A DNA stretch of 64,000 nucleotides from Proteromonas lacertae (lineage: Eukaryota): the NCBI GenBank assembly GCA_002245135.1, contig NGBS01000006.1, positions 1 through 64,000 on the forward strand, read 5' to 3'. A program made the position numbers and the translations under genes. Of the stretch, positions 34,832 through 48,481 are shown one piece after another. Within the stretch, counting starts at the first letter, position 1. Each line of letters begins with the position of its first letter. Below the pieces are notes generated by a model that was given only the letters and a program-made list of their open reading frames with translations, had not been told where the DNA came from and ran no database searches.

Positions 34832-37069
34832 TTATTTTGGTTCAGACAAATCAAAAAAATCAATTCCTACATCATTATCTCTTTCTTTCCTTTGAGTCTG
34901 ATTTGCTGAATGAAGTAATCTATTATATACGGTATCTTCATGACTATTTACATTATTACTAAAAATATTATTATTATTAAAAGGAGATGTAAGTGAATGT
35001 GATAAACAACTAAACTTTTTTGATTTTGAGAGTATTGGTGGAGAAATATTATTATTATTATTATTATTATTACTTGGCAATAACAGTGGAACAGGTGAAG
35101 GACCTAAACTATCAGATAAATCATCATAATAATAATTATTATTATAAGAATGATTAGTAGATGATAATTGAGATGATGGTGATGAGGATGAATTTAATTT
35201 GAAATGATATAATGAACTACTAAAGAAGTCAGTACTATTGCTATCTTTTAAACTGTTATTTATACAATTATTACAATCATCTTCATCATCATTGAATATT
35301 TCATTACTAAATCTATTGATATTTATATCATCTTCTAGACTTGTTGTACTACTTTTCAATTCATTGTTTATAAATGTCGATTCTATATACTCTCTATCAG
35401 GATCAGTAATTACTTTTCTTTCAATCATTTTATCATCATTTTTATTAAAAACATTATTTACAGCTTTCAATTGTTGTTGTTGATTAATATTTGTATTATC
35501 ATCACTTTCAGAACTTAATGGAGATAAAATTCCTTCCAGTATTTTATTAGTAGAATCTGATGTAGAATCACTACCATCGCCACCACCAGGTGAATTACTA
35601 TATTCATTATTATTCAAACTATTTGGCTTGAGTGTTGGCGTTGATCTTGCTGATATAGTTGATGGTGAATAAATATATTTATAATAACCGATTTCTGTGG
35701 ATGTATAACTTCTTAATATTTCTATCTGTTGAGGTTTGGGAAGTGTTTTATCAATTTCCCATTCAATATTCATTGGATTAGGTTTAAAAGCCTAAATAAA
35801 ATAACATAATAACAATTATATATATGTATATATACATCTTCATAATTTTCATCTCTAACTTCATCAAAGAATGTTGATTTCAATGAATCTATCATACTTA
35901 TCCTCTTATGAGGATTATACTCCAACATTTCCTTTAATAATTTAATTCCACTCTCTTCTATATGATTGTAGGCAACATTGAAATCCATCGGAGTTATATT
36001 ATTCATATCTAAAAATACATTTTTCACTTTTTCATCTTCTATCCAGTCTAAGTCGTCTTTTGGTGGGTTTCCTAATACTCTCATTATTCTGTAAATCTGA
36101 CTTCTTTCATCATATCTCTCTTTCTTTATATCTTCACTTGAAACTAAATCTTTGGTGGATAATATACTGTTTGAACCTGGAAATAACGGTTGACAGTAGT
36201 TCCCCTCTGGAGAGATTGAACCAAATAATTCGCTCATTATACAGCCAACAGCCCACACATCGATTTTTTCATTATAATTTTGACACAAACATAACTCGGG
36301 AGCTCTGTAGAAACGAGTAACTACATGTTTGGTCATATTTTTCAATGGAGATTCTGCTTTGAGTGATGGTGAAGAGGGTGAATCATTAACAAACAAAGAT
36401 AAAGAGTAAGCTTGTTCTCTCAAATCTTCATTTATTTGTCGAGCCAAGCCGAAATCAGAAATTGTTACATGCAATTTATCACCTATTAGTATATTGGATG
36501 GCTTTAAATCTCTGTGTATTATTCCTGACATCTATTTTTATATTAATATATTGGTGTTATATACATGTAAATAATTCACTCCCAATATTATTTGATATAA
36601 TACCCACTTTACATTCTTTATATTCCAACCTAATACTTTTGCTGCTTTTTCTTTCTGTAGTAAATCTCTTCCTCCATGATCTAATACCATCCAAATATCA
36701 TTATAATTGGAAGAATCAGGTGGAGTTAACACATTTCTATGAAAATATAACTTATGTATAATATTTTACTTTAATTTACATATATTAGGATGGTTACATT
36801 GTCTTAAAATTATTAGTTCACGTAATGATCTTATTGCTTGTACTGGAGATTCAAACACGGAAGTAACATGTTTAATTGCCACTCTATTGAGAAACAATGA
36901 CATACTATAAATACAATTCATTATTCGTCGTGTCAGTCGCTTCATATACTATACCATAAGCCCCTTTTCCAAGTGGTCTTATTAATTTGTATCTTGTCCC
37001 TATTTCCACTGGCGATAAATCAAGATTATCATCTTCATCCTAAATAAAATGATATTATCACCATACCAT
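34832..37069 (-). CDS. Atypical MAP kinase paralogue (activation loop T-K-H)
   Basis: First coding exon is ATG only; GKGAYG, VAIKH, HRDLKPSN, DFG, MTKHVVTRFYRAPE. An intron near 35792-35835 joins the two long ORFs. Confidence 0.9.
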
Positions 37070-37165
37070 TTTTATCTGACTTAAAATCAGAGAAACAAAG
37101 ATATTTGAATCAAACTTTTGTCAAGCACTAAAAACGACTATTTTATAAACAGTTTTTCATTAGAA

Positions 37166-38975
37166 ATGCAAGAAACAGAGAAAGAAGCGATAGAAAGACG
37201 TAACACTGCTTATGTCAGAGCCAGAGCATTTCAAAAATTCAAGTATTATTTCATATAATAGTGATTTACTAGAGATGAGAAAAAGATGAGTGATGACCCA
37301 GAATACATGAAATCCACTATTAAAAAATACCAATTTACTATTCCATTAAAACCAAGTGATCCAAATACCGAATTCCCTCGAAATTTCAATCAGAGGATAT
37401 CTCGACAATATGCAAGTATGTATTTAGACAAGCTTGGAGCAGAGCCAACTGATGAAAATATTAATTTAGTCCTTGAAAATTATCCTTTAGATAGATGTGC
37501 TGTAAGTACTTCTATGAAAACAAGAGGTTTGTCTGATGTAGTGACGATCAATACAGCACCAATGATAAGAGAAATACCAGAGTTAGAAGCTATAAGGCAG
37601 GCTAAATCAAGATTGTATTTTTATATTTTCTAATATATCTTCATAGTCCATATAAAATCACATTATCTCCAGAAGAAGAGGAAAATGAACATAAATCACT
37701 TGTACCAGCTCCACTACATAAGAATAATGAAGATGAAGAATATGAGAGAAAATATGGAGTATATAATCTATTACATTTATTTATTTATTAATATAGCCAA
37801 TTGATTCATCATTTAACGAAATGAAAAAGAAATATTTATATCCATTCTCAGCATCTTCAGAATCAAAGAAGAAAATGATTTCACTACCTCCACTATCACC
37901 TCGAGGTTGTGATGAAGATATGTTAGATATGAAAGTACCTGAGTTTGCGTATAATGATGATGGAACAATAAGAGAAAATACTGAGACTGTAGGAATTAAT
38001 GTATTGAAGAAAGTAATGGAAGTATATTTTATTTATTTATTTATTATATTTAGATTTCTGAAGAATTATTATTGAAATCTCAAAAGAGATTCGTTAATTC
38101 TTTACCAATGTTTTATATTAAAGCTAAATGTTCAAAAGTAGATATAGCTGAATTAAAACAACTGTTAGTTAGTAGAAAAGTACAGTGTATTATCTATAAT
38201 ACATGTATTTATCTATATCAGAAGTTATTAATCACTTTTCAATGGCCTTTACCAGATGATCATTTAATCAATAGTGAATTGATTCAAAAAATTGTGTTAA
38301 TTTTTGACAATATTGTTGAAATGTATAAAAAGAAACTTGTTTATACAACCATATTCATACCATTCGTAGTATTGTGTGTTCATGTTTCAGTTGAAGTATA
38401 TATTTATAGATATTCATAATATTTAGTTCATATTCTGTAAGAAATATCCTGAATGGTTTAGAGACAATCCTGTCAAATCAAAAGAAACACTCCAAGTGTT
38501 TTCTAATGAAGTTAACAGGATAATTGATCCACATGGACTGTATAATAGAATTGGATTTGTCCAAGCAGGTCCTGACGCATTAAGAGAAGAGATAAAGAAG
38601 AAATCCTTCCTCAATGTTGATCATTCAAAACAATTTGGAGTATCAACGATAGTTTCACAAAGTATGGCTGAAACTCATTCTGTACCAATTCGTAAGATGA
38701 AAGTGAGTGGAAAATGGTCAATAGAAAGCCATAACGTTCAAAATATCAGAAAATCAACATTTTCATCAACAAGACCATCAACATATTCATCCTATTCATC
38801 TCCTAATAAAATGAACAGACCATTAACATCTCCTGAACCATCACAGACACTTTCACCCATTAATGGAAAGTATACTTCCAATTACTACCACAATGCTATT
38901 AAAAAGCTGAAAACCAGGTATAGACATGATATTGCAAGAGGAATACCTTCTCAAAGGATTAATATGTTGAAATAG
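37166..38975 (+). CDS. Multi-exon hypothetical protein
   Basis: ATG 37166; ORF fragments at 37286, 37821, 38072 and 38496 are separated by GTAT..AG introns. No family recognised. Confidence 0.7.
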
Positions 38976-39179
38976 TATTACTGTATATGTAGAAAAATGA
39001 TAATATAATTAATTTGAATATTTTTGAAGAGTCTTTGTCTCTGTCTGGAGAATGAAGGGTTTAATGTTTTTAATATAATAAAAACAAATATGTATATATG
39101 AATATTATCTTAAATATAATCATATTTACATTCTTAATAGACTTGAACCTAACTATTATTTCCCCTTAATTGGGATATA

Positions 39180-39484
39180 TTACTTATATAACTCGTGTTG
39201 ATTAAAATATAAACCTTCAGCATTATAATTGCCAAAGTTTGTCATTAATTTACTGTGATTAAATGTCTGTGTTGAAGCGTTGTGATTAACTGATTCAACA
39301 TTAAAGGTATACTACATAAATATACAAAGAACAAACATACATTAAAAGACGAGAGCATTCTGACAGAGTTCTTAATAGGAACTCTATATAAAGGGCTTAT
39401 TGATTTTATTGTGCTAATAAATAAATATCATGAGTTATACCCTTTTAATAATACACGATTTGTGATCTTGAAGATTGAATTCAT
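39180..39484 (-). CDS. Small (about 82 aa) protein with mitochondrial-presequence-like N-terminus; 3' end uncertain
   Basis: MNSIFKITNRVLLKG/TIKSISPLYRVPIKNSVRMLSSFN/YTFNVES...HELYK*, joined through two frame-consistent GT-AG introns. Confidence 0.55.
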
Positions 39485-39960
39485 GGTTTTGATGTGAAAT
39501 TGTGTGTATGGATGTAAAAATGAATATGAAAAGGATTTATATGATGATAATATTTAAAGGTATATAGTTTAGTGATAGATTTAGTGATTTATTAAAATGA
39601 GTTGACCGTTACGTTATAAACTGATAGTTTTTTATTGGTTGTTCTATGTTTTCTATGTTTCATAGATTTTTTGTTTTGTGATTCTTGTTAGAATATAAGG
39701 ATATTTTTCTATATAGTTGATAGATGTGTTTAACTTTGTGAAATTTCGCAAATATCAAAAAATAAAGATTTTTTATTTTATAACGACTATATTTTCGAAA
39801 CATCAAATCAGGCTTGAAAATGTTGAAATTTAACAATAAGAATTATCAAAGCAGATGGAATTTCAGAAGAAGAGAAGAATGAATTATCAAAAGAATTTTT
39901 AAGTATTGAATAATTATTATTTGTTAGTAATATATATAAATAAGAATAATAAAATAAATA

Positions 39961-41506
39961 TTAACTCTTTGCTTTATCACAGGCTATACAATTTACATCT
40001 TTTATCACATTTGGATAATTACACTTATCACATATCCAATATTTCTCAGGTGTAGATTGAAATCTTCTTCTTTTGATATTTGGTTTTTCTTTTACAGTTT
40101 CTTTCGAATATCCAATTATTCTAAAATCTTTACATTTTTCTAACACATCTTTCACTTCAATATAAATAGGATGAAATATTTTTTTTACTATTTCATATTT
40201 TTCTGGATTTACATCTTCTCTTTTTATTTTGCTCAATACATTTTCCCATACTTCAAAATAATTATCTAATAATCTAATCTCATTAATATATATATACAAT
40301 ATTATAATAATATATAAATACTTTTTAAGATAATTTCTACATTCTATTAAACATGAAATCACTGGTTCTGTGTCTCTAGTAAATTCAATTGTTATATCTT
40401 TCTTTATTATTAGCTGAATCACTGTGTTTGGGTCAATACCAGAAGAGAGTAGATCTAACCCAGTACTTTTATTATACGATTCTATTTCTATTTCTTCCCA
40501 ACCTTCATCACTACTATCCCAATAATCATCACTTACATCTAAATATATATATAAATATATATACTCTCTTTTAATTCATCTTTTATTTTATCAACATTTA
40601 ATTCATTCTTTGATATATCAGATACTATAACAATATCAACACATATATATACTTTTAATTTTTTTAGTTGGTGGTTCTATCAATGGATTTCGATTGAAAC
40701 TATCATTATTATTATTATCTCCATCATTTGATTCTTCTAAAAATTTGTTTGGTATAATAATTTCAAAACATTGTTTTATTCTGTTCAAATTATCTTCTGC
40801 ATCTAAACATTTGGACTCATATTCCTTCTATATATATTATAAATATATATTATATACTAATATTTGATCAAATTTGGCTATATAAAAAGCTTGTTTTCTT
40901 AACGATTCTTCAACTTCTTGGTTATGAATTCTTATTTCACTTTTACTTATATTTGGGATTGTTAAATGCAATTTATCTGTTATATATTCGGCTGCTGCTA
41001 GTAGTTTTGGCTCCTTTTTATCATATCTGTTTTTCCATAAGCCAAAGGAGTTTAATGTTGTATTGATTAATTTTTGTCGAAATTCTTTTGGTTCTGGTAA
41101 TTGATGTACTGGACTATTCTCTAAACAACACGAGGTTAGAATCTAATATACAAAATAATATGAAATTATACATTTAAATTTGAAAATACCATTTTTCTAA
41201 AATCTTTTGATCTTCTAACAGCTGTATCAACAAATAGCATGGTTAAATATCTTACCTATTTACTATAAGGATGGAATGATACATGACAGTTATTTACTTT
41301 TAGTCTCTCCATTACTAGTTCAAATAGATAATTTTTATATTCTTTGTTGTCTAAGTATTGCTAATATATAAAATGATCAATCATACCTTCACTATAATGT
41401 TGTAATTGTTTTGAGGAAGTACTAATTTATGTGGTTTTGCCTCTGTCATTTTTGTAAGTAAATGTTGAAGATGTTGGCGAGAGCTAGGTTCTTCGCTTTC
41501 AGTCAT
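39961..41506 (-). CDS. UVSSA: UV-stimulated scaffold protein A-like, with C-terminal RanBP2-type zinc finger
   Basis: CH/VRYLTMLFVDTAVRRSKDFRKMVFSNL..LPEPKEFRQKL...WKNRYDKKEPKLLAAAEYI resembles the UVSSA VHS-like domain; WICDKCNYPN..CIAC zinc finger. Confidence 0.7.
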
Positions 41507-41629
41507 AATTCAGAAAAATAGATGTAATGAAAAATGCCAAAAAACACCCCACAAATATTAAAAACAAAAAAATTTAAAATATACCTACTATTATTTTATA
41601 CACATGAAGTAAAGCAATGTTAAACAACA

Positions 41630-43066
41630 TCAGAATTCTACTACTACTTCTGTCTTCTTTTTCTGATCCTGAGAGTTGGAGTCATTTTCTTTCTCTTCAT
41701 CCAGATCATTAAATAAAGGTACCAGCGATATATTTACATTATTAGTACTACTACGTTTAATACTTGGTACGATTAAACCAGGGAGATCAGTATCTCTCAA
41801 AGACAAAGCTGGTGGTCTTTTATTACACACCAGTGCCATATCTGAGTTATTAATGTTCGAACTGTTAAATATAGATGTTTTATAGGTTAGTGATAGCTTG
41901 TAATTCGTTGGAGTTTGTAGTTGTCCAGGAAATGTGTATGTACTCTTTCTCAGAATTGAATGCGATGCACCACCACTCTTATTCATATCACTAGATGGAT
42001 TCATAACATTAGCTCCAGATGTAGTTGGTGTTAATGAAAAATCGACTAAACTTTTTTTACTCCTTACACCTCTGTATTGTAGATAGTAATTATCTATCTT
42101 CATCAATAGATCTATTTTAGAAATTTGGATAATCATTTTGATATTACAGTTACATTTCACACTCCTTTTATAATTCGTCTTGTAATGTCTTATTATACTA
42201 CTACTTATATCTATAAACAAATTTTTATCTGGATCATAAGGTTCGTAGTCAAAATGATTAGTATTTGGTAAGTTAAATATTAGTCGTTTTGCTTTATATA
42301 AACATGGTTCTGGAGGATCTTTGTTATTATGCGCGTATTGATAACTCTTTATTTTCTTAATATTCAATTTTCTTTCCAAAATTGGAATGATCGCTTTGAA
42401 ACAGTATTTTTGTATTAAATTGAGATGTAACTGGAATAATGGTTCAAATATATTGTAATATTTGTTGATAAATGTGTAAAATTGGGGAATACTCAGGTAA
42501 TTATCTTTGTTTCTATTAATTTAGAATTAATTCATATTTAAATACGTGTCGAGTAGCTTAAAGAACTCATTTGCATCTTGTTTTAATCTCCCAGAGGTTC
42601 TTAACACAAATGCAAATTGAGTAATATCATTCCAGCTTATTTTATAACCATCACTTTCTGATATTATACACAAAACCGTGTGGATGATAGAAGCCATTGG
42701 AGCAAAGCAGAAATATACTGTATATTGAAAGAATTCGTTCCAATTCATTTCTTCATTATCTGTTACATTAGAATATGAAAATTTTAAAAAATACTGTATC
42801 TTTGAAAAATATGTGTATGAAGCGGTAACCACTGCATATTTATTCCTTCTATAACTGATCTGCATAACACACTGGTTGCTTCTTTGATTCTAGTCGAAAT
42901 AAGGTACAGATAAATACATTTTAAGTTTATCATATTGTTTTTTAAATCTTCTTACATCTCCATTACTCACTAACATATATAACTTAGATCAACAAATACT
43001 GTAGTAATACTGAGCCATAGATATCGACTCTTCATCAAGACCATTTGGATCATCTATGTAGCTCAT
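41630..43066 (-). CDS. EF-hand-like family paralogue A
   Basis: DPNGLDEESISMAQYY; WNEFFQY; loop DTNKDNYLSIPQF; PPEPC..HFDYE; SILR in the tail. Confidence 0.8.
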
Positions 43067-43333
43067 TGATACAGTGCAAAACTTTTAATTCTATCTAGTT
43101 ACCAACAAATAGCATTAATTTAAAATAGTACAATTTTATTCGTTACACTTTTATATTCTGATGTAGTATAGGAGTAGAGATAATTAACATATTTTTCTTA
43201 TTTATTAATACCATAAAAACAACAGATTTGAAATTTAAAATAAAAACATAACAACTATTTACCATATCAGTATACGTAACAGTTATTTTAAGTTATATAT
43301 ATACAAATTTACATACAAAACAATGACATTATC

Positions 43334-44849
43334 CTATTCTATATCATATATTTCCACATTCTCATTAAGATCAGTTTTACTTAATTTCAAACCACTCAAA
43401 CCACTTGTTTCATTTGCAGATAATTGAATACTATTCTTATATCCATCTGTTGGAGACAAGCAAGGATGAGTTGGTTGATTATTATTTATAACATTTAACG
43501 TTTCAGCCCTGAATCTTAAAGCAGCGAATGAAGATTTCTTTCTCGTTTCCATTGTAGTTTTATGTTTCATTGTCAATACAGATGAAGTTCTAAGAATTGA
43601 TTTTGATGAATCATTTCCATTGTTATATAATGTCAAGTTCTTTGGAGTAGTTGCAATATTTGTTGACATATTATTATTATTATTATTATTACAATCATTA
43701 TTATAAGATAAATCGCTAGTTGTACTAACAAATGATTCATTACATACACTCGAAGAACTAACTTGTCTTAAATTATTATAAGTGTGGAATTTACTATAAT
43801 CTTCATCCATTTCATTTATGACTAAATTGGTAGTTTTATGGGTTAGATGTTTGATTTTAAAGTGAATTCTAAAGTTCCTAAAATTGGGTCGATATTTCCT
43901 AATAAAACTTTTCGCATAATCACTGTATGTAGTGGATGATGATAGTTTTATATAGTCATAATCATATTGATTAGGATTTGGAATATCAAAAATATAATTC
44001 AATAATTTACCAAAACAGGAGTTATCGTGTGATGGAAATTGTTGATCATGGTCTTGTCTATATTGCTTAATATCTGCTATATGTAACTTTCTATCTAATA
44101 TCTTTTTCCATAACTTATCTGGGAAGAAAGTTTCAATCATTACCATTCGAAATTTGTATAAAGGTTCCCATAGACTGTATGTTTTATCTACAAAATTGAA
44201 TAGTTGGTGGAATGTTATTCCTCCATGTCCCCTATAAATATAATTATAATAAATAATATAAATATATACATATCACATGAGTTGAATAATCGAACGTATT
44301 CTAAAGTAAATGCTTCTTGAGTCTGTAGTTTATTGAAGATTATTGATATATCATCCTATGAAATGAATATATTACACTCTCAATATACGAAGCTGATTGT
44401 ATTCTTGTTAATTGTCCTTAAAATATTTACAGTTACTATATAATGATATATGAATAATTCTATATATACTATAGACAATTGCAGACATAGGAGCTAGTGA
44501 ATATATCAACACAAATTGAAAAAAGTCGTTCCACAGAAAATGTTTTGCAAATGGAACCATTAAATCATTTAAAAACTCATATTCTCCAAATTTCAATGTC
44601 TGAAGAAATGAGAAACCATCCAAACAGTTATTTTCTGTAGAACTAGATGAATTATAGAATAACAGTGTCATACTCTTGCATATAATTATATTTCGCTTTC
44701 AACAATTTAACATCACTATAACTGACTATTTAGAACGGTAAAAGAATTTTATTCATACGATAATAGTAAGATGCCATCTGAATTGATATTACATCTAAAT
44801 CAAATGGATCAGAGACTTCCAGATAGGGAGTTATTTTTTGTGAATTCAT
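43334..44849 (-). CDS. EF-hand-like family paralogue B
   Basis: DPFDLDVISIQMASYY; WNDFFQF; ILDRKLHIADIKQY; PNPNQYDYD; SILR. Confidence 0.8.
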
Positions 44850-45085
44850 ATATTAACTGTATGTTGTTGCTGAATCAGAGTTACAGAATAACCAATAAAA
44901 ATCCTAATTTATGAAACGAATATAACTCTTTATAAAAAAAAACAATTCATTAAAATAAAGCATTAAAATAAGTAAGAAATCGTATTTATATAGTATTATA
45001 CACGAAACTAAGCTAAATGAACTTAAATAGCCATTTACTTATACCATTAAAGATATCAGTAAAATGGAGTTATTATACTTCTGTT

Positions 45086-46380
45086 TTATGCTAATATAAA
45101 CTCATCATTCTTCCATTGAGGACTATTTAAGCTAAATATGGCACAACTACCATCCAATGCCACAGTTTGAGGTGAATACGAGTTACCTCTTGGTCTAACA
45201 TTAGCAGGTGAATAATTAGACGATTTACTACACTTAGAATGAATTTTATCATAACGCCCAAACGTCATACCACCTACTTTACTTATACAGTAATTAGATG
45301 GTTTTAATATTGAACTATGATGAGATCTTTCTGAACTAACAGCAGATAAACGTGCCTCACTTAAGGATACTTTACTGCTATTAACTTTACATCTTGCTTT
45401 GAATATATTTCTAAACATTAAATAGTATCGATCAATTTCAGAGATTGTGGGAAAGAAATTGAATGTACCTAAGCATTTCAGATTAAAAGTTTCTTTAGGA
45501 ATAGGCGTAAAGTCTTTTCTATACAATTTGATCATATCAATCGTAATTTCACCAAATGTTATGTGATTCACTTCTTCATCATAATCATAGCGATATAAAT
45601 GAGGTGCTCCTGCAAATATATTCTTTATCATAGTACCACATGGCTGTTTAGGTAATCTACCATTGTGAACTTTTTGATAATCTTTAATCACTGAAATCTG
45701 TCTTTTTCTTTCAAATATTAATCTCCAACTATCATTTTGGAAGAACTTTTCTATAAGTTTTACACGGAATAGATATAGTTGAACCCATAATGATGTTGTT
45801 TGTGAAGCGAAATTACAGAATTGATGGAAATTCAATTTACCATCACTGTTTAAGTCTAATTTTTCGAATAGACTTAATATATATGATTTAAGTTGTTCAA
45901 CTTCATCTAGAAGCATAGCCAATTTACAGATTCCTTCTGCTGTTATTAATCCTGGCTCTTCAGATACTATATTAAACAATACTATTCATAGGTTAATAAT
46001 CAAATGATTATACAGTAGAATATAGATGGCATTGGCGCAAAACTCCAAAATATTACAAACCTGAAGAATTCATTCCATTCCAGAAGATTATTATCATAAA
46101 CTAAGAATAGAAATTCATGTAACGGTATTTCTGTTATATCCAAAGCTTCAATAAAAGTAAATTGTGATAAAACTTTACTGCTCATGTTTCTATATATATT
46201 TAAGAAATAATTATACCTTGTCATATGAACGAATTGATGATAAATACTTTCAACTTCTGTATGGTTCACTAAATGAGATAGATTATTGAATATACTGTAA
46301 AAATAGCTCGCATACTGTATAGATTTATCATCCAATCCGAATTTATCTTCCCCAGGACAAGGTGCAACCTTATTGTTCAT
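45086..46380 (-). CDS. EF-hand-like family paralogue C
   Basis: DKFGLDDKSIQYASYF; WNEFFRF; DLNSDGKLNFHQF; LPKQPC..GAPHLYRYDYD; SILK. Confidence 0.85.
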
Positions 46381-46506
46381 AAAATTTTAAAATTTCTTTT
46401 CTGGGGAAAGATGACGAAATGGTCAAAATTTCAGCGAAAAAAACTCAAATTTAAAAATAAAATAACAAACGATATATTCTATTTTATAGTTTACGTATCA
46501 CACATT

Positions 46507-48324
46507 TTACACGGGTGTTTCATCATTGAGATCGAGATCTAAAGGAAGAGAGGAATGAAGTAGGTTTTCTTCTTCTTCATCAAGATCTCCTATTTCATTC
46601 TTCTCTGGAATTGACAGTGGTTGTTTTGATTTTGATGAAGCATTTACATGTAATGTTCCGTTAGTCAATATCATCCTTTGCTTAGACTGTATGGATAAAT
46701 GCCTTCCATGGCCTAAAAAGACAGGGGTAGCTGTTAATTTTCTACCTGTAGTTTCACCATTCACTGAAAGCATTGAATTATTGTTATTATTTATCACTGA
46801 TAATCTATTTGACCTTCTTAATATAGAAGGCCGTTGTAGATGCCTTCCTTGACTTTGTAGTGGAGTAGTAGTTGTGGATGTAGAATCACCACCAGTACTG
46901 CTACTCCGCCGATTAGATGATTCATTAACATAATGGCTGAAACTACTAGCATTATTACCAGTAACTAAAGAATGATTTTGTGAACGAATAATAATTGACT
47001 TTACACTTACTGGATTTAATGATCTATAAGTAATATAAAAACTATCAATCTGAGCTAAAACTGTAAATTGATTGAACTGACTTAAATACTTCATCGCAAA
47101 TGCATCATGTTTTCTGGGAGTATAGTCAGGTTTAAATTTCTTTATTATAATTGATGCAATTCCACTAAATGATGTTATATAATCACCATTATTACTTATC
47201 CCACTTTGATTATTATTATTATTATTCAAATATGAAAATCGAGTAGGTGAAGATGTCACAACTTGATTATTCTGTAAGTTTCTATTATGAATTGGTGGAG
47301 TTGTCATAGTAGTAGTAGTAGTAGCACCATTCGTATTAAGATTATAATCTATCAATGAACTACTTCGATTACTACTTCCAACTATCACATTTGTACCAAC
47401 AATCCCAGTAGTATTACCATTACTACTGCTACTAGCTAATCCACCATCATATTCAAAATGATCAGGATGAGGTTGGCCTAAAATAAACCGCTTAATTACA
47501 GAAAGACAGTTTTGAGATTGATATTTGCCATGTTTTGATAGATAATCTTTAATAAATGGAATTCTTACTCTTCTTTTCATTATTGTGAATAATTGTGTGT
47601 GGTTAAATATTCCATCGATTAAGGATAATCTGAATAAATAAATTGGTTCCCAGATGGATGGAGTTTCTATGACAAATTTGAAGAATTGGTTGAGACTTAT
47701 ATATCCGTGATTGTTGCTAAATAATAAAATAGATTAATAAAAAATAATTATTTTATATACACATCGATTTTCTTATATACTGTTGTTGCTTGTGAATCTA
47801 TATCTTCTTCCTTTCGTAACTGTTGTATTAATTTCTGAATGTCTTTCCACGTCACTACATCCTTGAAATCAGGTAAAGTATGCAGAATTACTAAGTCAAT
47901 TTATAATTTCATTATAATATATACAATAAAACACAGCCACATTTGGAGCAAAACAAAAAAAGATAATGAATTGGAAGTATTCGTTCCAAGTGAGATAGGT
48001 TGAGACTGTTAAATTAAATAAAAAATCATAATACAGTAGACTTTGAAAATTAGCTCAAATAATGGCAAATAATTAACATGAAATGATTCAAGGATTTGAT
48101 TTCCTGACAGTTTTTGGGAGTGGTGCTGACTAAATAATAGATTAAACAAAACATACTTTAATATTTTGATAAATTTGTCACTTATAATATCTACATCATA
48201 ATTATTCACTACATGGATTAAAAAAATATCACATACGGTAAAAAAATGAAGCAAACTTAACAGAAGTAGGATCCAGCCCATTTTTATCTAGGTTAGTAGC
48301 AGGTGTTACTTTTGTTTTTCTCAT
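46507..48324 (-). CDS. EF-hand-like family paralogue D
   Basis: DKNGLDPTSVKFASFF; WNEYFQF; DVNNHGYISLNQF; GQPHPDHFEYD; SILR. Confidence 0.8.
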
Positions 48325-48481
48325 CTAAAGCTTAGACACCATTATTTTATATGAAACGAAAATTGTGTAATTCAAGCCAAACTATGTGAATAACATTTTT
48401 CATTAACCCAATTCAAAATAGAATTAAAAAGAAGAAGAATATGTGAGATATATAACTTATATAATAACTAATAAATGATAT

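Noticed and set aside
39795..39913. Coding-like purine-rich fragment on the + strand
   Set aside because: Interrupted by stops, with no consistent start or splice model.
41255..41281. UVSSA intron starting GTATCATT with internal TCCTTAT as a possible GT-AG U12 intron
   Set aside because: It is only 27 nt, matching the U2 size class here, and the branch match is weak.
41615..41640. Polyadenylation-created stop codons (known in Blastocystis, with a TGTTTGTT signal); paralogue A has TGTTGTTT directly after its stop
   Set aside because: Every complete gene reconstructed here has a DNA-encoded stop. The same geometry in paralogue H would not create a stop. GT-rich tracts after stops (exact TGTTTGTT at 29139-29146) look like ordinary 3' signals; poly(A) reads would be needed.
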